A DNA stretch of 32,000 nt from Candidatus Methylomirabilis oxygeniifera (GCA_000091165.1 FP565575.1:1500001-1532000); one strand, 5' to 3'; counted from the first letter of the stretch, positions 17,418 through 27,828 are shown. Notes: generated by a model not told the origin, from the sequence alone. Made by a program: numbers and translations.

Positions 17418-18881
17418 CTACTCTAAAATAAATCGTTGAGCACTCAGTACGCTCAGCGCCTTTTGCAAACCCAACAGTTGTTTGCGCAGGGCCACTTCCC
17501 GCTTGTCCAGTCGCTCTTGCAGCCGGGTAATCTGCTGGTTGATATTGTTCGTCTTCGACGTGACTGAGGAGAGGCCACCATCGATCAGCGCCCCGGCGTT
17601 GACAAACCCATCCAGACGGGCGATCAGCCGTGTGGAGACGCCGCCCCCCAAAGCAAAGAGGTCGATCAGCCCACTGAGTTTCGTCGCAATCGCACTCTCG
17701 AATTTGCTGGTATCGCTGATGGACAGGGTTCCGTTCGAGGCCGCCGTGATCCCGACCTCGGCCAAGAGAGCCGGATTGCCTGTCTGTACACCGCTCACCG
17801 AGCTGCCGACGTCGGACCTAAGATTCGACACCAAAGAGACATACGTCGTCTCACTTGCCAACGCGCCCCTGATGACCGAATTCACCTCTGTGGAACTGGT
17901 CCCGGAGGTCGTCGTGCTGACCGTCACTGCGATCCGCTCCCGTAAGAAGGTCAACGCCTTGTTGTACGCGTCCAGAAACTCCTGAACACTCGCCTTTATC
18001 GCGCTCTTATCCTGGCTGACCGTGAGCGTCACATCAGAGGCCGAGAGCCCGAGCAGGTTGATCGTCACCCCCGTCAGAACGTCGCTGACGCTGTTGCTGC
18101 TCCGCGTCATATCCAGGCCATCCAGCTTGAACTTGGCGTCAAGCGTTGCATCGGCAAAGAGATAGCCGCCTGCCGTCCCCGACGAGGCGATCTCACTGTT
18201 GAGCTCAATCGCGCTGAGCAGGGTGCCGGTTGCGTCGGCCGTTCGAACCTTGTTGGCCAAGCCGGTTTGTTTGCTGGTCAGGACCAGTCGACTCGTGCCG
18301 GAGGTGTCGTTGACTACCGAGGCACTGACTTTGGCGCCGAGCGTCGCATCGTTGTTGATTGCTGTAGCAAGGTTGGTGAGGATCGTGCTATTGGTATCTC
18401 CGGCGTTCAGCGTGACATTGACCGTGACAGCCGTACCGCTCGTCGCCGGATCGGTGCCGTCATAGGTCACCTTCAGACTCTTCTCGCCGGCCCCCTCCGC
18501 CGCCGCCACATCGGTTCCTGTAGAGGTAAGCTGCTTTGACACGACCGTGCTCGACTTGGCAAGTTGCGAGACAGACAGGGCATGAACGGCAGCCAGCGCC
18601 GAAGTCGAGGCGGTTGCCGTCGCGACGGACGTATTGCTCGAGCTGACCGCCTTGACTTGAAAGGGCGACAGCGTTCCCACCTGGGCCAGGGCCTGAGCCT
18701 TGGTTCGCAGCGCGCTCAGCGCACTCTTGAGGTCGCTGAGCGTCGCAGACCGGCGTGAGAGCGTCATCTGATCGGACTGCAATCCGGCCAGCGGTCGCCG
18801 CTCAACGGTCATGACACTCGATACGAGCGCTTCGATGTTAAGTTGGAAAGCCGACGCCGACAGGATCTCCGTGATCGCCAT
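17418..18881 (-). CDS. fliD: Flagellar filament cap protein FliD
   Basis: 487 aa: IEALVSSVMTVERRPLAGLQSDQMTLSRRSATLSDLKSALSALRTKAQAL...FKLDGLDMTRSSNSVSDVLTGVTINLLG...SGLIDLFALGG...NINQQITRLQERLDKREVALRKQLLGLQKALS. Confidence 0.96.
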   Translation of the reverse strand: MAITEILSASAFQLNIEALVSSVMTVERRPLAGLQSDQMTLSRRSATLSDLKSALSALRTKAQALAQVGTLSPFQVKAVSSSNTSVATATASTSALAAVHALSVSQLAKSSTVVSKQLTSTGTDVAAAEGAGEKSLKVTYDGTDPATSGTAVTVNVTLNAGDTNSTILTNLATAINNDATLGAKVSASVVNDTSGTSRLVLTSKQTGLANKVRTADATGTLLSAIELNSEIASSGTAGGYLFADATLDAKFKLDGLDMTRSSNSVSDVLTGVTINLLGLSASDVTLTVSQDKSAIKASVQEFLDAYNKALTFLRERIAVTVSTTTSGTSSTEVNSVIRGALASETTYVSLVSNLRSDVGSSVSGVQTGNPALLAEVGITAASNGTLSISDTSKFESAIATKLSGLIDLFALGGGVSTRLIARLDGFVNAGALIDGGLSSVTSKTNNINQQITRLQERLDKREVALRKQLLGLQKALSVLSAQRFILE

Positions 18882-18898
18882 GGTCTACTCCTTACGTC

Positions 18899-19306
18899 TC
18901 ACACACCCCGTACGTCATACTTCAGATGCTGTTCGACCGGAGCCTGGCGCAACGCCGTCTCCCAGGCCTCCTTCAATTGCCTCAAAATCTTTGACGCCTC
19001 ATGAAATGACCCTGAACCGATCGCATTGAGGCAGTATTCGTACAGACGAAACAAGGGAACGGCGATCTCCTCATAGTCAAAGTTCAGGGCCGCAATCAGC
19101 TCGGTGACGGCGCGTCGCGCACGTACGGCATCGCGGCGGCCGCAGGCAGCGAGCGCCACGTCGTATACGATGAGAATGAGTTGCATCGGGGAAGCCCCGA
19201 GAACCTGGGCGCTCTGGTACGCGGCCATTGGGCTCCCGGTGAGGGGGGCCGCCCGCAACGAATCGGATCGAACCACTACAGAACCCGCACCGACATGTGA
19301 TGGCAT
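18899..19306 (-). CDS. fliS: Flagellin chaperone FliS
   Basis: 135 aa: AAYQSAQVLGASPMQLILIVYDVALAACGRRDAVRARRAVTELIAALNFDYEEIAVPLFRLYEYCL. Confidence 0.95.
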   Translation of the reverse strand: MPSHVGAGSVVVRSDSLRAAPLTGSPMAAYQSAQVLGASPMQLILIVYDVALAACGRRDAVRARRAVTELIAALNFDYEEIAVPLFRLYEYCLNAIGSGSFHEASKILRQLKEAWETALRQAPVEQHLKYDVRGV

Positions 19307-19351
19307 TGACTCCTCCTGGAATCAGTATTCAGCCGCCGACCGTCAGCCTCA

Positions 19352-19379
19352 CCCCCTCCCCTCTTTAGAGGGGAGGGGG
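19352..19379. repeat. G/C-run perfect palindrome between fliC and fliS (hairpin, possibly dispersed repeat or processing/attenuation site)
   Basis: CCCCCTCCCCTCT-TT-AGAGGGGAGGGGG, 13-bp arms; no flanking T-tract, so not a standard intrinsic terminator. Confidence 0.65.
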
Positions 19380-19384
19380 CTACA

Positions 19385-19419
19385 AGCTGAGTGCTGATAC
19401 CTGATAGCTACCTACTTAC
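19385..19419. repeat. Degenerate heptamer tandem repeat abutting the fliC stop codon
   Basis: AGCTGAG TGCTGAT ACCTGAT AGCTACC TACTTAC. Confidence 0.65.
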
Positions 19420-20258
19420 TACCTGAAGAGCGCCAGGACCTGCTGTGGCCCCGAATTCGCCTGGGTAAGCTGGGCCGTCGCCAACTGCTGCAAGATCTGC
19501 AACCTCACGGCGTTGACCTGTTCGGCCGCCACATCGGCATCCATCACTCTGGACTTTGCCGCCTGCGTGTTGGTGACAGCAACGGACAGGTTATCCGAAA
19601 TACTCCGCAGTCGGCTGCTCACCGATCCGATGTTCTGAATCTCCAACCTGACCGACGTGAGCGCGGCGTCTACGTAAGTCAGCGACAGGGATGCGTTCGC
19701 CACAGTGTCGACGGCCATACTGGCATCCGACAGGCCGAGGCTGGCCAGCGAGAAATCCTGACTGATGCTGGCGAGGATGGTATCGCTCGCCTCGGCGCCC
19801 GTCAGAATCCGTCTTCCGGTGAAGGTCCCATCGATCAACGAGACCCCGTTGAACGTGGTCGAGTCGCGCAAGCGGGTAATCTCGGCCGACAGATCGTCGA
19901 TCTGTTGCTCGATGGCGCCGCGCTCGCTGGTCCCCAGGTTGCTTGATGTCGTCTGCCGAATCAGATCCTGGATGTTCATGAGGTTGTCGTGGATCGACTG
20001 CGCAGCCCCTTCAGCGATCGAGAGCAGGTTCATCGATGTGCCGACAGAATCGAGGGCAGTGGCCAAACCGCGAGCCCGCGAGGTCAGTTTGCTGGCGATC
20101 GAGAAGCCGGCCGGATCGTCGGCCGATTCGTTGATCCGCTTACCGCTCTGGAGCCGAAGCTGGCTGACGCCCAGTTGATTGCCGATATTCTTCAAGCTGT
20201 TTAATGCATTGAAGGCTGCGATGTTCGTGTTAATACGGGTCAGATCACCAATGGCCAT
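19419..20258 (-). CDS. fliC: Flagellin FliC (short form, 279 aa, D0/D1 nearly alone)
   Basis: INTNIAAFNALNSLKNIGNQLGVSQLRLQSGKRINESADDPAGFSIASKLTSRARGL...SRVMDADVAAEQVNAVRLQILQQLATAQLTQANSGPQQVLALFR; GGAGG RBS upstream. Confidence 0.98.
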   Translation of the reverse strand: MAIGDLTRINTNIAAFNALNSLKNIGNQLGVSQLRLQSGKRINESADDPAGFSIASKLTSRARGLATALDSVGTSMNLLSIAEGAAQSIHDNLMNIQDLIRQTTSSNLGTSERGAIEQQIDDLSAEITRLRDSTTFNGVSLIDGTFTGRRILTGAEASDTILASISQDFSLASLGLSDASMAVDTVANASLSLTYVDAALTSVRLEIQNIGSVSSRLRSISDNLSVAVTNTQAAKSRVMDADVAAEQVNAVRLQILQQLATAQLTQANSGPQQVLALFR

Positions 20259-20357
20259 TGTGGCTACCTCCGTGTAGCGGCAACACGACTTCGCGTTGCC
20301 TGGTATATAGGCCGGACATCCTTGCCCGGCCTGAGATACGATTCGTAAACGATAGTG

Positions 20358-22328
20358 TTAAGCGATTGTGAGCCGTGAGGCGCCGTTCAGAGGAGGCGGA
20401 GCACGGCCATCCTCGGCCATAGAAAATAGGGTGTGGGGTGTGGGGTGTGGGGTGTGTAGGGGCACTGCTTGCAGCCCCCGATAAGGCGCAAGCTGTGATG
20501 ATCGGGATACTTCGCACCCTGCGCCTCGTACAATACATTCCTCCGCATCAAATCCCCCCGCATCCCCCCTTTTATAAAGGGGGGACTGGGGGGATTTCTG
20601 GAGGGTGGGGGGGGTTCCCACCTCGTGGCGCTCCCGTTGTACAAAGCGAGCGAGGAGTCGCAAGCGGCGCTCGATCTCCGGCGTACCCGGCGCAAGGCGC
20701 TCAGCCTCGAGGAGGGCGTCCAATGCTTCACGGTACTCGCCGGCCTCGATCAGACAGCAGCCCAACAGAAACGGAATACGGGCATCGCTTCGTTCGAGTT
20801 CCCATGCCTTCCGACAGAATCTGGCCGCTTCCTTACGGTTGCTCTTGCCATCCGCAAGACAGGCCAACGCAAAGTAGGCCATAGCCGATGGCGCCTCGGT
20901 CACAAGACGTCGATAGGTCACCTCTGCCTCTGTAAGGCGATTCAGCTTCAGCAGGGCCTGGGCTTGCAGCTCCAGTCCACCCTTGTCGTCCGGACAGGCC
21001 TGCAAGAACTGCTCGCAGGCTGCGAGTACCTCTGTCCACTTTCCCAATTCGGCGTAGCATTCGGCAAGGGTGAGACGCCCGTGCGGAATTCGTTCGAATA
21101 GTGTGGCAGCCTTTTCCAGTGAGGCTGCGGCATCCTGCGCTTGCCCCCGAAGCTTATGGACCTTCCCCATACCAAGGTGCGCCTCCGGCGAGTCCGGATC
21201 GTCGGCCAGCGCGGCCGTGTAGCAGTCGGCCGCGCGATCGACCTGCCCCAGCGCAAAGAGGTAGTTACCCTTAAGCGACCGGGCATAGGCCGGATTCGAT
21301 ATATGACCCAGGACGCCGTGGATGCCGCGGCCCTGTCGGCTTACCTTGTCCAGGTAGAGGTCGATCTGCCGAATGGCGGCCTCGTATCGACCCAGTCGCC
21401 CCAGCGCGAGCGCTCCGGTCAGGTGCGGCATCGCATAGCCCTGGTCCTCCTCCAGCGCGGCAACGCACTCCTGCCACGCCTCTTCAAACCGTCCCCTGTT
21501 GAGTAGGCAGGCGGCCAGACTTCTCCGGGCCACCGATCGGTTGGCGGGCGGCAGACCGCGAAGTGACAGCGCCGTCCGGTAGCAGGCAATCGCCTCGCCG
21601 ACCTTCCCCTCAAGCGCATAGACCTCACCCAGATGGAATTGGGCCGATGGATCTTCGGGATGGTCGGTGAGTTGCCGCTTCAGCAGGCGGATGTTGCGCT
21701 GTCGCTTGGCCGGCAGATCAACCCAGGCACCATGGTAGCCCGTATGGTGAACCCGTATCTCCGATGGGCCGATGCTCCCGCCCATCCGCGCGATCGACGG
21801 CGAGACCTGCTCATGGACTCGCCCTTCAAACCGGATCTCAGGCTGGCTCCTGAACAGGCGTGGGAAGGCGTTAATGACAGCGTGACGTGAGCGGCTGTCG
21901 TCCACAGGGCTCGCGATGTTCAGCAGATAGGCGGTCGGGCCGTCCGGACGCAACAGGGCGCACAGGCGACCCTTATCCTCCTCAGCCAAAGCCTCATCTG
22001 CGTCCAAGACCAGGATCCAGTCTGAGGTGGCGTGCGACAATGAGACGTTTCGCGCAGCCGCGAAGTCGTCGTTCCACCTGTGCAATGCGACCTTGGCCCC
22101 GTACTGCCTCGCAATGTCGAGTGTTCGATCGGTTGAGCCGGTATCGACGATGATAATTTCGTCGGTGACGCCTTTGACGCTCTCCAAACAGCGGCTGAGG
22201 TGAGCCTCCTCATTCTTCACGATCATGCAGAGGGAAAGGGTCTGCCGATTTATGGGTCGTACTGGGGCATCCTTCACGGTGTCTCGCACCTTACGCCTCG
22301 CACATCGTACTCGTTGAGCCTGTTTCAT
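20358..22328 (-). CDS. Family 2 glycosyltransferase fused to TPR repeats (possible flagellin glycosyltransferase); about 87 C-terminal codons are encoded by repeat-containing DNA
   Basis: LSLCMIVKNEEAHLSRCLESVKGVTDEIIIVDTGSTDRTLDIARQYGAKVALHRWNDDFAAARN...LVLDADEAL followed by multiple TPRs (HLGEVYALEGKVGEAIACYRTAL etc.). Start codon uncertain. Confidence 0.88.
   Translation of the reverse strand: MKQAQRVRCARRKVRDTVKDAPVRPINRQTLSLCMIVKNEEAHLSRCLESVKGVTDEIIIVDTGSTDRTLDIARQYGAKVALHRWNDDFAAARNVSLSHATSDWILVLDADEALAEEDKGRLCALLRPDGPTAYLLNIASPVDDSRSRHAVINAFPRLFRSQPEIRFEGRVHEQVSPSIARMGGSIGPSEIRVHHTGYHGAWVDLPAKRQRNIRLLKRQLTDHPEDPSAQFHLGEVYALEGKVGEAIACYRTALSLRGLPPANRSVARRSLAACLLNRGRFEEAWQECVAALEEDQGYAMPHLTGALALGRLGRYEAAIRQIDLYLDKVSRQGRGIHGVLGHISNPAYARSLKGNYLFALGQVDRAADCYTAALADDPDSPEAHLGMGKVHKLRGQAQDAAASLEKAATLFERIPHGRLTLAECYAELGKWTEVLAACEQFLQACPDDKGGLELQAQALLKLNRLTEAEVTYRRLVTEAPSAMAYFALACLADGKSNRKEAARFCRKAWELERSDARIPFLLGCCLIEAGEYREALDALLEAERLAPGTPEIERRLRLLARFVQRERHEVGTPPTLQKSPQSPLYKRGDAGGFDAEECIVRGAGCEVSRSSQLAPYRGLQAVPLHTPHPTPHTLFSMAEDGRAPPPLNGASRLTIA
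20430..20456. repeat. Heptamer tandem repeat GGTGTGG, about 3.7 copies
   Basis: GGTGTGGGGTGTGGGGTGTGGGGTGTG read directly. Confidence 0.9.
20550..20597. repeat. 48-bp imperfect palindromic element, AAATCCCCCC...TTTATAAAGG...GGGGGGATTT
   Basis: AAATCCCCCCGCATCCCCCCTTTTATAAAGGGGGGACTGGGGGGATTT; symmetric arms, with a related copy at 25288-25334. Confidence 0.88.
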
Positions 22329-22546
22329 TGTGGTTCTACTCTTTGCGATCAGCTTCCATGGAACCGCTAACTACTCTTCCTCTTGGTAGTGCTATCGGCA
22401 CCACAGCTAGGAAGCATGAGCGGTTTTTTCTCACGGGTAAGCATGACACAGTGATTGCAGCGCGAGGTGGAAGCAGAGGCAGGGGTACAAGACAACGTAC
22501 AGGGTGTGGGGTATGCGATGCGGAGCTTGGAAATGCAGGAGCGAGA

Positions 22547-24892
22547 TCAGACTACGTCTTCGCCCTCATCCTGATGATGGAGAGCTTTCGCGATCACCTC
22601 TGAAAGCTCGTTGATCAGGTACGGTTTCTGGAGGAAGCCCACCATTCCTTCATCAAGAAGCTGCTGGGCGACCTCGTTGAGGCTAAAACCCGTAGTCAGG
22701 ATAGCCTTGACATTCGGCTCGAACGCTTTCAGCGCCCGGAAGCAGTCAGCACCTGAAAGCCGCGGCATCACCATGTCAATGATGATGAGATCGATCTGGC
22801 GACCGAACTGCCGGTAGTAATCGACGGCCTCTTGACCATCCGAAGCAGTGACCACTTCATAGCCCATGTGGCGCAGCAACTCCGCTGATGAGGTGCGTAC
22901 AACCTCCTCATCATCCACGACGAGGATGCGGCCATGGCCGAGAATCGGTTGCGTCGGTTCGACGCTGACAGGCGCAGGGACGACACCCGTCGCAAGAGGC
23001 CAATAGACCTTGAACGAGGTGCCGGATCCCTCCTCGCTGTAGACGCGGATGGTGCCACCGTGGTTCTTGACAATACCGTAGACCATGGCCAGCCCCATTC
23101 CTGATCCCTTGCCTGGCTCCTTGGTCGTAAAGAACGGCTCGAACACGCGCCCTTGAATCTCTTGAGGAATGCCCATGCCGGTGTCTGTGACCGACAGCAT
23201 GACGTAGTCCCCTACGGTCGCCCCGAGGTTGCGGCGACAGTAGTCGTTATCGAGTGTGACGACATCCGTCTCGAAGTGCAGGTTGCCCCCGTGCGGCATG
23301 GCGTCCCGGGCATTCACGGCAAGATTCAGGATCACCTGCTGGATCTGACTGGGATCGCCAAGCGCAACAGCCTGCTCGACGCACAGACGCTGCGTGATGG
23401 TGATCCGCTTGTCGATCGTCCGGCTCAACAGATCGACCACCTCCCGCGCTGCGGTGTGCAGGTCTACGGGCATCTCCTGATGCTTGCCGCCACGAGCGAA
23501 TCCCAGGAGCCGATTCGCCAGTTGCGCGCAGCGCTCCCCCGCTCCCTCGATCACCTGCGCCGCCTGATACACGTCCTCACCGGGCTGCCCGCGCAGCTTC
23601 AGCAGCCTGGAATAACCTAAGATCGGGGTTAACAGGTTGTTAAAATCGTGCGCGACGCCGCCCGCCAGCGTGCCTATCGCCTCCATCTTTTGTGCTTGTC
23701 GGAGCTGCGCCTCCAGACGCTTCTGCTCGCTTACGTCTCTGGCGATTCCCTGCACCCCGACCACCTCCCCGTTCCGGTAGATCGGCCCGCTGCTCACTTC
23801 GAGCGGCACGCGATGCCCGCCCCTGGTGACAATCTCCAGCTCACAGACGTCCCTCGATATCTCACCGCGCACATTCTGCGCTGTGATTTCGTGATGGAGC
23901 CCCAGGTACTCCGGGGCAATGACCTGAGCGACATGCATGGTGAGTGCTTCACTGCGTGTGTAGCCCGTAATCTGTTCGGCCATCCGGTTGAACGCGGTAA
24001 AGCGGCCGCTCAGGTCGTGCGTATAGATGACGTCGTTGGCGTTCTCGAATAACTGGGCGTACTGCCGCTCCCGCTCGCGCAGTTGCCGGGTCCGCTCCTC
24101 CAACAGATCTTCAACCGCCAGGAGAGACCGTTCGCGCCACGCCTTCTCGCAGAGGTCGATCAGGTGCTCAGGATCGAACGGCTTGCGCACATGCCCATCC
24201 GCCCCCATCCGCATGAACTGCAGGGCCAACTCCGGACTCGGATTGGCGGTGATCATGATCGCCACCATCCGTACGGCTGCCTGCTTAAACTCCTCGAGCA
24301 GTCGATCGGCCGTTATATCGGGTAGATGGTAGTCGAGAATCGCTATCTGCGGAGAATGGTCGCGGAAGAGACGCCGGGCCTCTTCGCCGGTGGACGCCGT
24401 GAAGACCGTGTAGCCATGCGCCGCAAAGGCGCGGCTGAGGATCTTGGACTGCATCGGGCTATCTTCGACGATCAGCGTACGCATCGACAGTTGGGGCCTG
24501 CGCCCTTCCAGCAGGGCTTGCACGCTGGCCCGCAACTCGGAGGGTTCATAGGGGGCCGACAAAAAAGCATTCGCGCCAAGGTTGGCAGCAATCTGCTCGG
24601 CGTCGGCGCCGGAGAACGTCCAGGAGACGACCAGAATCGGGATCCGGTTGAAGGCCGTATATTCCGGGGACCGCAGCAGTCGGCAGAAACGCCAGCCATC
24701 GACCCCAGGCATATACAGATCCGTCACGATGACGTCGGGCGGCCCCTGTTCACACATAACAGCAAGCGCCTCTTCGGCGCCCCTGCAAGGGCGGACGTGC
24801 AGTCCGTCCTTCTCCAGAAGCTTCGACGTGAGCAGTAATTGCGACAGATCATCATTGACAACGACGGCGGTGGGACGTTCACCGGTGGTCAT
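22547..24892 (-). CDS. Hybrid histidine kinase REC-REC-PAS-HisKA-HATPase-REC
   Basis: 781 aa: REC1 [16 protein letters not shown]; REC2 [20 protein letters not shown]...[14 protein letters not shown]; [34 protein letters not shown]; H-box [22 protein letters not shown]; VTDTGMGIP; REC3 [26 protein letters not shown]...[13 protein letters not shown]. Confidence 0.95.
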   Translation of the reverse strand: MTTGERPTAVVVNDDLSQLLLTSKLLEKDGLHVRPCRGAEEALAVMCEQGPPDVIVTDLYMPGVDGWRFCRLLRSPEYTAFNRIPILVVSWTFSGADAEQIAANLGANAFLSAPYEPSELRASVQALLEGRRPQLSMRTLIVEDSPMQSKILSRAFAAHGYTVFTASTGEEARRLFRDHSPQIAILDYHLPDITADRLLEEFKQAAVRMVAIMITANPSPELALQFMRMGADGHVRKPFDPEHLIDLCEKAWRERSLLAVEDLLEERTRQLRERERQYAQLFENANDVIYTHDLSGRFTAFNRMAEQITGYTRSEALTMHVAQVIAPEYLGLHHEITAQNVRGEISRDVCELEIVTRGGHRVPLEVSSGPIYRNGEVVGVQGIARDVSEQKRLEAQLRQAQKMEAIGTLAGGVAHDFNNLLTPILGYSRLLKLRGQPGEDVYQAAQVIEGAGERCAQLANRLLGFARGGKHQEMPVDLHTAAREVVDLLSRTIDKRITITQRLCVEQAVALGDPSQIQQVILNLAVNARDAMPHGGNLHFETDVVTLDNDYCRRNLGATVGDYVMLSVTDTGMGIPQEIQGRVFEPFFTTKEPGKGSGMGLAMVYGIVKNHGGTIRVYSEEGSGTSFKVYWPLATGVVPAPVSVEPTQPILGHGRILVVDDEEVVRTSSAELLRHMGYEVVTASDGQEAVDYYRQFGRQIDLIIIDMVMPRLSGADCFRALKAFEPNVKAILTTGFSLNEVAQQLLDEGMVGFLQKPYLINELSEVIAKALHHQDEGEDVV

Positions 24893-26940
24893 GCCTCTCC
24901 CTCCTTCATGAATTGGGCGAGCGCCGGGGTCAGTCGCGCAAGTGCGGCCTCCATGGTCGCGAACGTCTGCCCGGCGTGAGTCACATCTCCGTCACGACCC
25001 ATCGCCTCCAACCGCCCGAGCGCCTCAACGGCAATCCGCGCGCCGAACATGCCGGCTGCGCCCTTCAAGCTATGCGCGACCTGCATAAGCGCCGCGCCAT
25101 CACCACGTCTGACAGCATCGCGAATCTCCTGAAGCCGCTTCGGACAGTCATCGAGGAACAGACGTATCAGCCTCCGAAGCAGGCCCACGTCACCATCGAC
25201 GAGAACCAGGACAGCCTCCCGGTCGAAGCCTGACACGAGCGAGGTCGACGCGTCCGCCCCTGCCGTCGACGATCGGCCGACTGTCTCAAAACCCCCCGTT
25301 CCCCCCTTTGACAAAGGGGGGCGAGAGGAGATTTCTGAGCTTGGTGGGGATTGTGTGCTGGGCGTGACAACTGTCATAGCCATGGGCGTGCCGCCAACGC
25401 ATGAAGTATCAGTAAGACTCTCATTATGGTCGAGACCGGAAGCCCTCGCGCACAGACGCGCAATAGCCTCGTAGAGCGCCTTGGCCTGGATCGGCTTTGA
25501 GAGGTAATCGTCCATCCCTGCCGCCAGGCAGCGCTCCCGGTCACCATTCATGGCATGAGCCGTGAGCGCGAGAATCGGCAGATGGGCGCCGCTTCCTCGC
25601 TCACGCTCGCGGATGGCGGCAGTGGCTGAGATGCCATCCATTTCCGGCATCTGTACGTCCATCATCACCAGGTCGAACTGCTCCCGCTCCAGGGTAACCA
25701 GCACCTCGCGACCGGTACCGGCCACAGCCACGGTGTGCCCTGCCTTCTCCAGCAGCCGAACCGCCAGTATCCGGTTGACCGGGTTGTCCTCTGCCAGTAG
25801 GATGCGAAGACGGCGACATACGGCCGGGGTCTGGACTACCTGATCCCGGATCACGCCGGCCGCCACGCCACTGTTCGAAGCATTGGCTGAAGGCGACTGC
25901 ACGCCGAATCGTGCGGTAAAATGGAATGTGCTCCCCAACCCTGGCTCACTCTCAACCCATATCCGGCCGCCCATCATTGTGACCAGGTGGGCCGTAATGG
26001 TCAGACCCAAACCGGTCCCGCCGTACTGGCGTGTCGTCGAACCGTCCACCTGGATGAAAGGATCGAAGATGACGTGCCGTTTCTCAGGCGGGATGCCGAT
26101 CCCTGTATCGGTCACCGAGCAGTACAGCACACATTGTCTAAGATCAGCTTCTACGATGGCCTGTGCGCGGACTGCTATTCCGCCTCGTTCGGTAAACTTG
26201 ATGGCGTTGCTGACCAGGTTGACCACAATCTGGCGCAAGCGCGTCGGATCGCCCACCAGCGTATCCAGTACGTCAGGTAGAATCTCCCACGTCAGCGTCA
26301 GATCCTTTCGGCCGGCCTGCAGCGTGAGCGGCCGGAGCGTCGCATGAAGGATCTCGCCCAGACTGAACGGGATAGCCTCCAGGTTGAGCTTGCCCGCCTC
26401 GATCTTTGAACAATCAAGAATGTCGTTCAACAGACCGAGAAGTGACTCGGCGGAACTCTTCACCAGGTCAAGGTACTCCCGCTGCTCCGTGCTCAGATGC
26501 GTATCCAGCACGAGCTCCGTCATCCCGATAATGCCGTTCATCGGCGTCCGGATCTCATGGGACATATTCGCGAGGAACTCCGATTTGAGACGGGCAGCGA
26601 TTTCCGACTGGGCTCTGGCCTGTTCGAGCGCCTTATTGGCGGTCTCGAGCGTCACTGCGTAATCACGCACCTCTCGGGTGCGATCCTGGACCTCTTGTTC
26701 AAGGCGCTCCAGGTAGGTTCGTTGCTCCGCCAAACGAGCGTCGCGCTCTCCCAGCATCGCAGCCATGAGTTGCTCATGCTCAAGCTGGAAGACCTGATAC
26801 TGTTGCGTCTGTTGCCGGAGGCGTGTCTCGATATAGGCTATGGCATCGGCGCAATCGCTCATCGCGATACCGTCGGTCGATTGGTCTTGGCTCACCTCCT
26901 GACCAAAGATGCTGTCAAGTTGCGTTTCGGAAATAGCCAC
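24889..26940 (-). CDS. Hybrid histidine kinase with receiver and HPt domains (BarA-like architecture without recognised membrane segments)
   Basis: H-box [23 protein letters not shown]; N/G boxes [39 protein letters not shown]; [23 protein letters not shown]...[13 protein letters not shown]; HPt [22 protein letters not shown]. 4-bp overlap with the 22547..24892 gene. Confidence 0.95.
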   Translation of the reverse strand: MAISETQLDSIFGQEVSQDQSTDGIAMSDCADAIAYIETRLRQQTQQYQVFQLEHEQLMAAMLGERDARLAEQRTYLERLEQEVQDRTREVRDYAVTLETANKALEQARAQSEIAARLKSEFLANMSHEIRTPMNGIIGMTELVLDTHLSTEQREYLDLVKSSAESLLGLLNDILDCSKIEAGKLNLEAIPFSLGEILHATLRPLTLQAGRKDLTLTWEILPDVLDTLVGDPTRLRQIVVNLVSNAIKFTERGGIAVRAQAIVEADLRQCVLYCSVTDTGIGIPPEKRHVIFDPFIQVDGSTTRQYGGTGLGLTITAHLVTMMGGRIWVESEPGLGSTFHFTARFGVQSPSANASNSGVAAGVIRDQVVQTPAVCRRLRILLAEDNPVNRILAVRLLEKAGHTVAVAGTGREVLVTLEREQFDLVMMDVQMPEMDGISATAAIRERERGSGAHLPILALTAHAMNGDRERCLAAGMDDYLSKPIQAKALYEAIARLCARASGLDHNESLTDTSCVGGTPMAMTVVTPSTQSPPSSEISSRPPLSKGGTGGFETVGRSSTAGADASTSLVSGFDREAVLVLVDGDVGLLRRLIRLFLDDCPKRLQEIRDAVRRGDGAALMQVAHSLKGAAGMFGARIAVEALGRLEAMGRDGDVTHAGQTFATMEAALARLTPALAQFMKEGEA
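25288..25334. repeat. 47-bp G/C-run palindromic element inserted in-frame in the kinase gene between REC and HPt
   Basis: AAACCCCCCGTTCCCCCCTTTGACAAAGGGGGGCGAGAGGAGATTT; encodes ...[18 protein letters not shown]... on the minus strand. Confidence 0.8.
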
Positions 26941-26949
26941 GGTGCATTC

Positions 26950-27828
26950 TCAGATATTGATCAGGGCGTGAGCCTTAGCCATCTCGCCGTCCATATCGTC
27001 ATATAAGACCTTTAAGCCCATCCGGTCGATCGACAACGCGGCCAGAGTTGAGGCACTCGGAGGCGCAATATGAGAAGCGCCCATCGAACGGATCCCTTTC
27101 GATGCGCAGATAAAGTTGGCGACCTCTACTGCCTGCACGATAAACCGGGATTCATCGCTGCAACGCTCAGATGCATGGTGATGGCGGATCGCAGTCAGGA
27201 TGACCGGTGAAAAACGCCATTGCTCGGCCACTCGTGCCCCCAACTGCGCGTGATCGAAGCCAAGATGCTCACGCTCGGTCTGACAAAGGGATATGCCGGG
27301 CTTGAGGACCGTGACGATCCCGGCAAATGGCTGATGGAGATACTGATCCAGCAGGACAATGCCCACATCGTGAAGGAGACCTGCCAGAAAGGCTTCGCTG
27401 AATGTTCGTAACCCGGCACGCGAGGCGACCAGACGCGACGCCAAGGCCACACAGACCATATGTCGCCACAACCCCCTGCGAGTATACGATCCGACCACTG
27501 TGTCTTTCTTAAAGCGCTCGGCGACCAACGCGGTCATGGCCAGGTTTCTGACCTCGTTGGTGCCCAAAATATTGATGGCCCATGTAACGGTCTGAACCGG
27601 GCGACGAAGACCGTAGGCTGCCGAGTTCGCCGTACGCAGGATTCGAACCGCCAGGGAGGGATCGCTTCCGACCGCCGTCTCGAGAGCGGCGGCGGAAGAT
27701 CGCGGGTTATTCATCACCTCAATGATCTGAAGGGCGATATGCGGGATTGTGGAGATCTCGCGGATCTGCGCGATCATCTCCTCTAACGATGGTGTGGACG
27801 TGTCGACCGATACTCCATAAACGTTCAA
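26950..27828 (-). CDS. HDOD domain signalling protein
   Basis: 292 aa: ISTIPHIALQIIEVMNNPRSSAAALETAVGSDPSLAVRILRTANSAAYGLRRPVQTVTWAINILGTNEVRNLAMTALV...FLAGLLHDVGIVLLDQY. Confidence 0.92.
   Translation of the reverse strand: MNVYGVSVDTSTPSLEEMIAQIREISTIPHIALQIIEVMNNPRSSAAALETAVGSDPSLAVRILRTANSAAYGLRRPVQTVTWAINILGTNEVRNLAMTALVAERFKKDTVVGSYTRRGLWRHMVCVALASRLVASRAGLRTFSEAFLAGLLHDVGIVLLDQYLHQPFAGIVTVLKPGISLCQTEREHLGFDHAQLGARVAEQWRFSPVILTAIRHHHASERCSDESRFIVQAVEVANFICASKGIRSMGASHIAPPSASTLAALSIDRMGLKVLYDDMDGEMAKAHALINI

Noticed and set aside
22328-22603. 91-aa plus-strand ORF in the spacer downstream of the hybrid kinase
   Set aside because: Antisense to kinase 3' end and spacer, no recognisable family. 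The nearby GCCGATAG (minus, 22392-22399) lacks a sigma28 -35 element, so I did not call a promoter.
24889-26940. Kinase pair as a phage-defence or novel toxin system
   Set aside because: All domains are standard phosphorelay modules (HisKA, HATPase, REC, HPt); no nuclease, toxin or transmembrane effector is encoded nearby.
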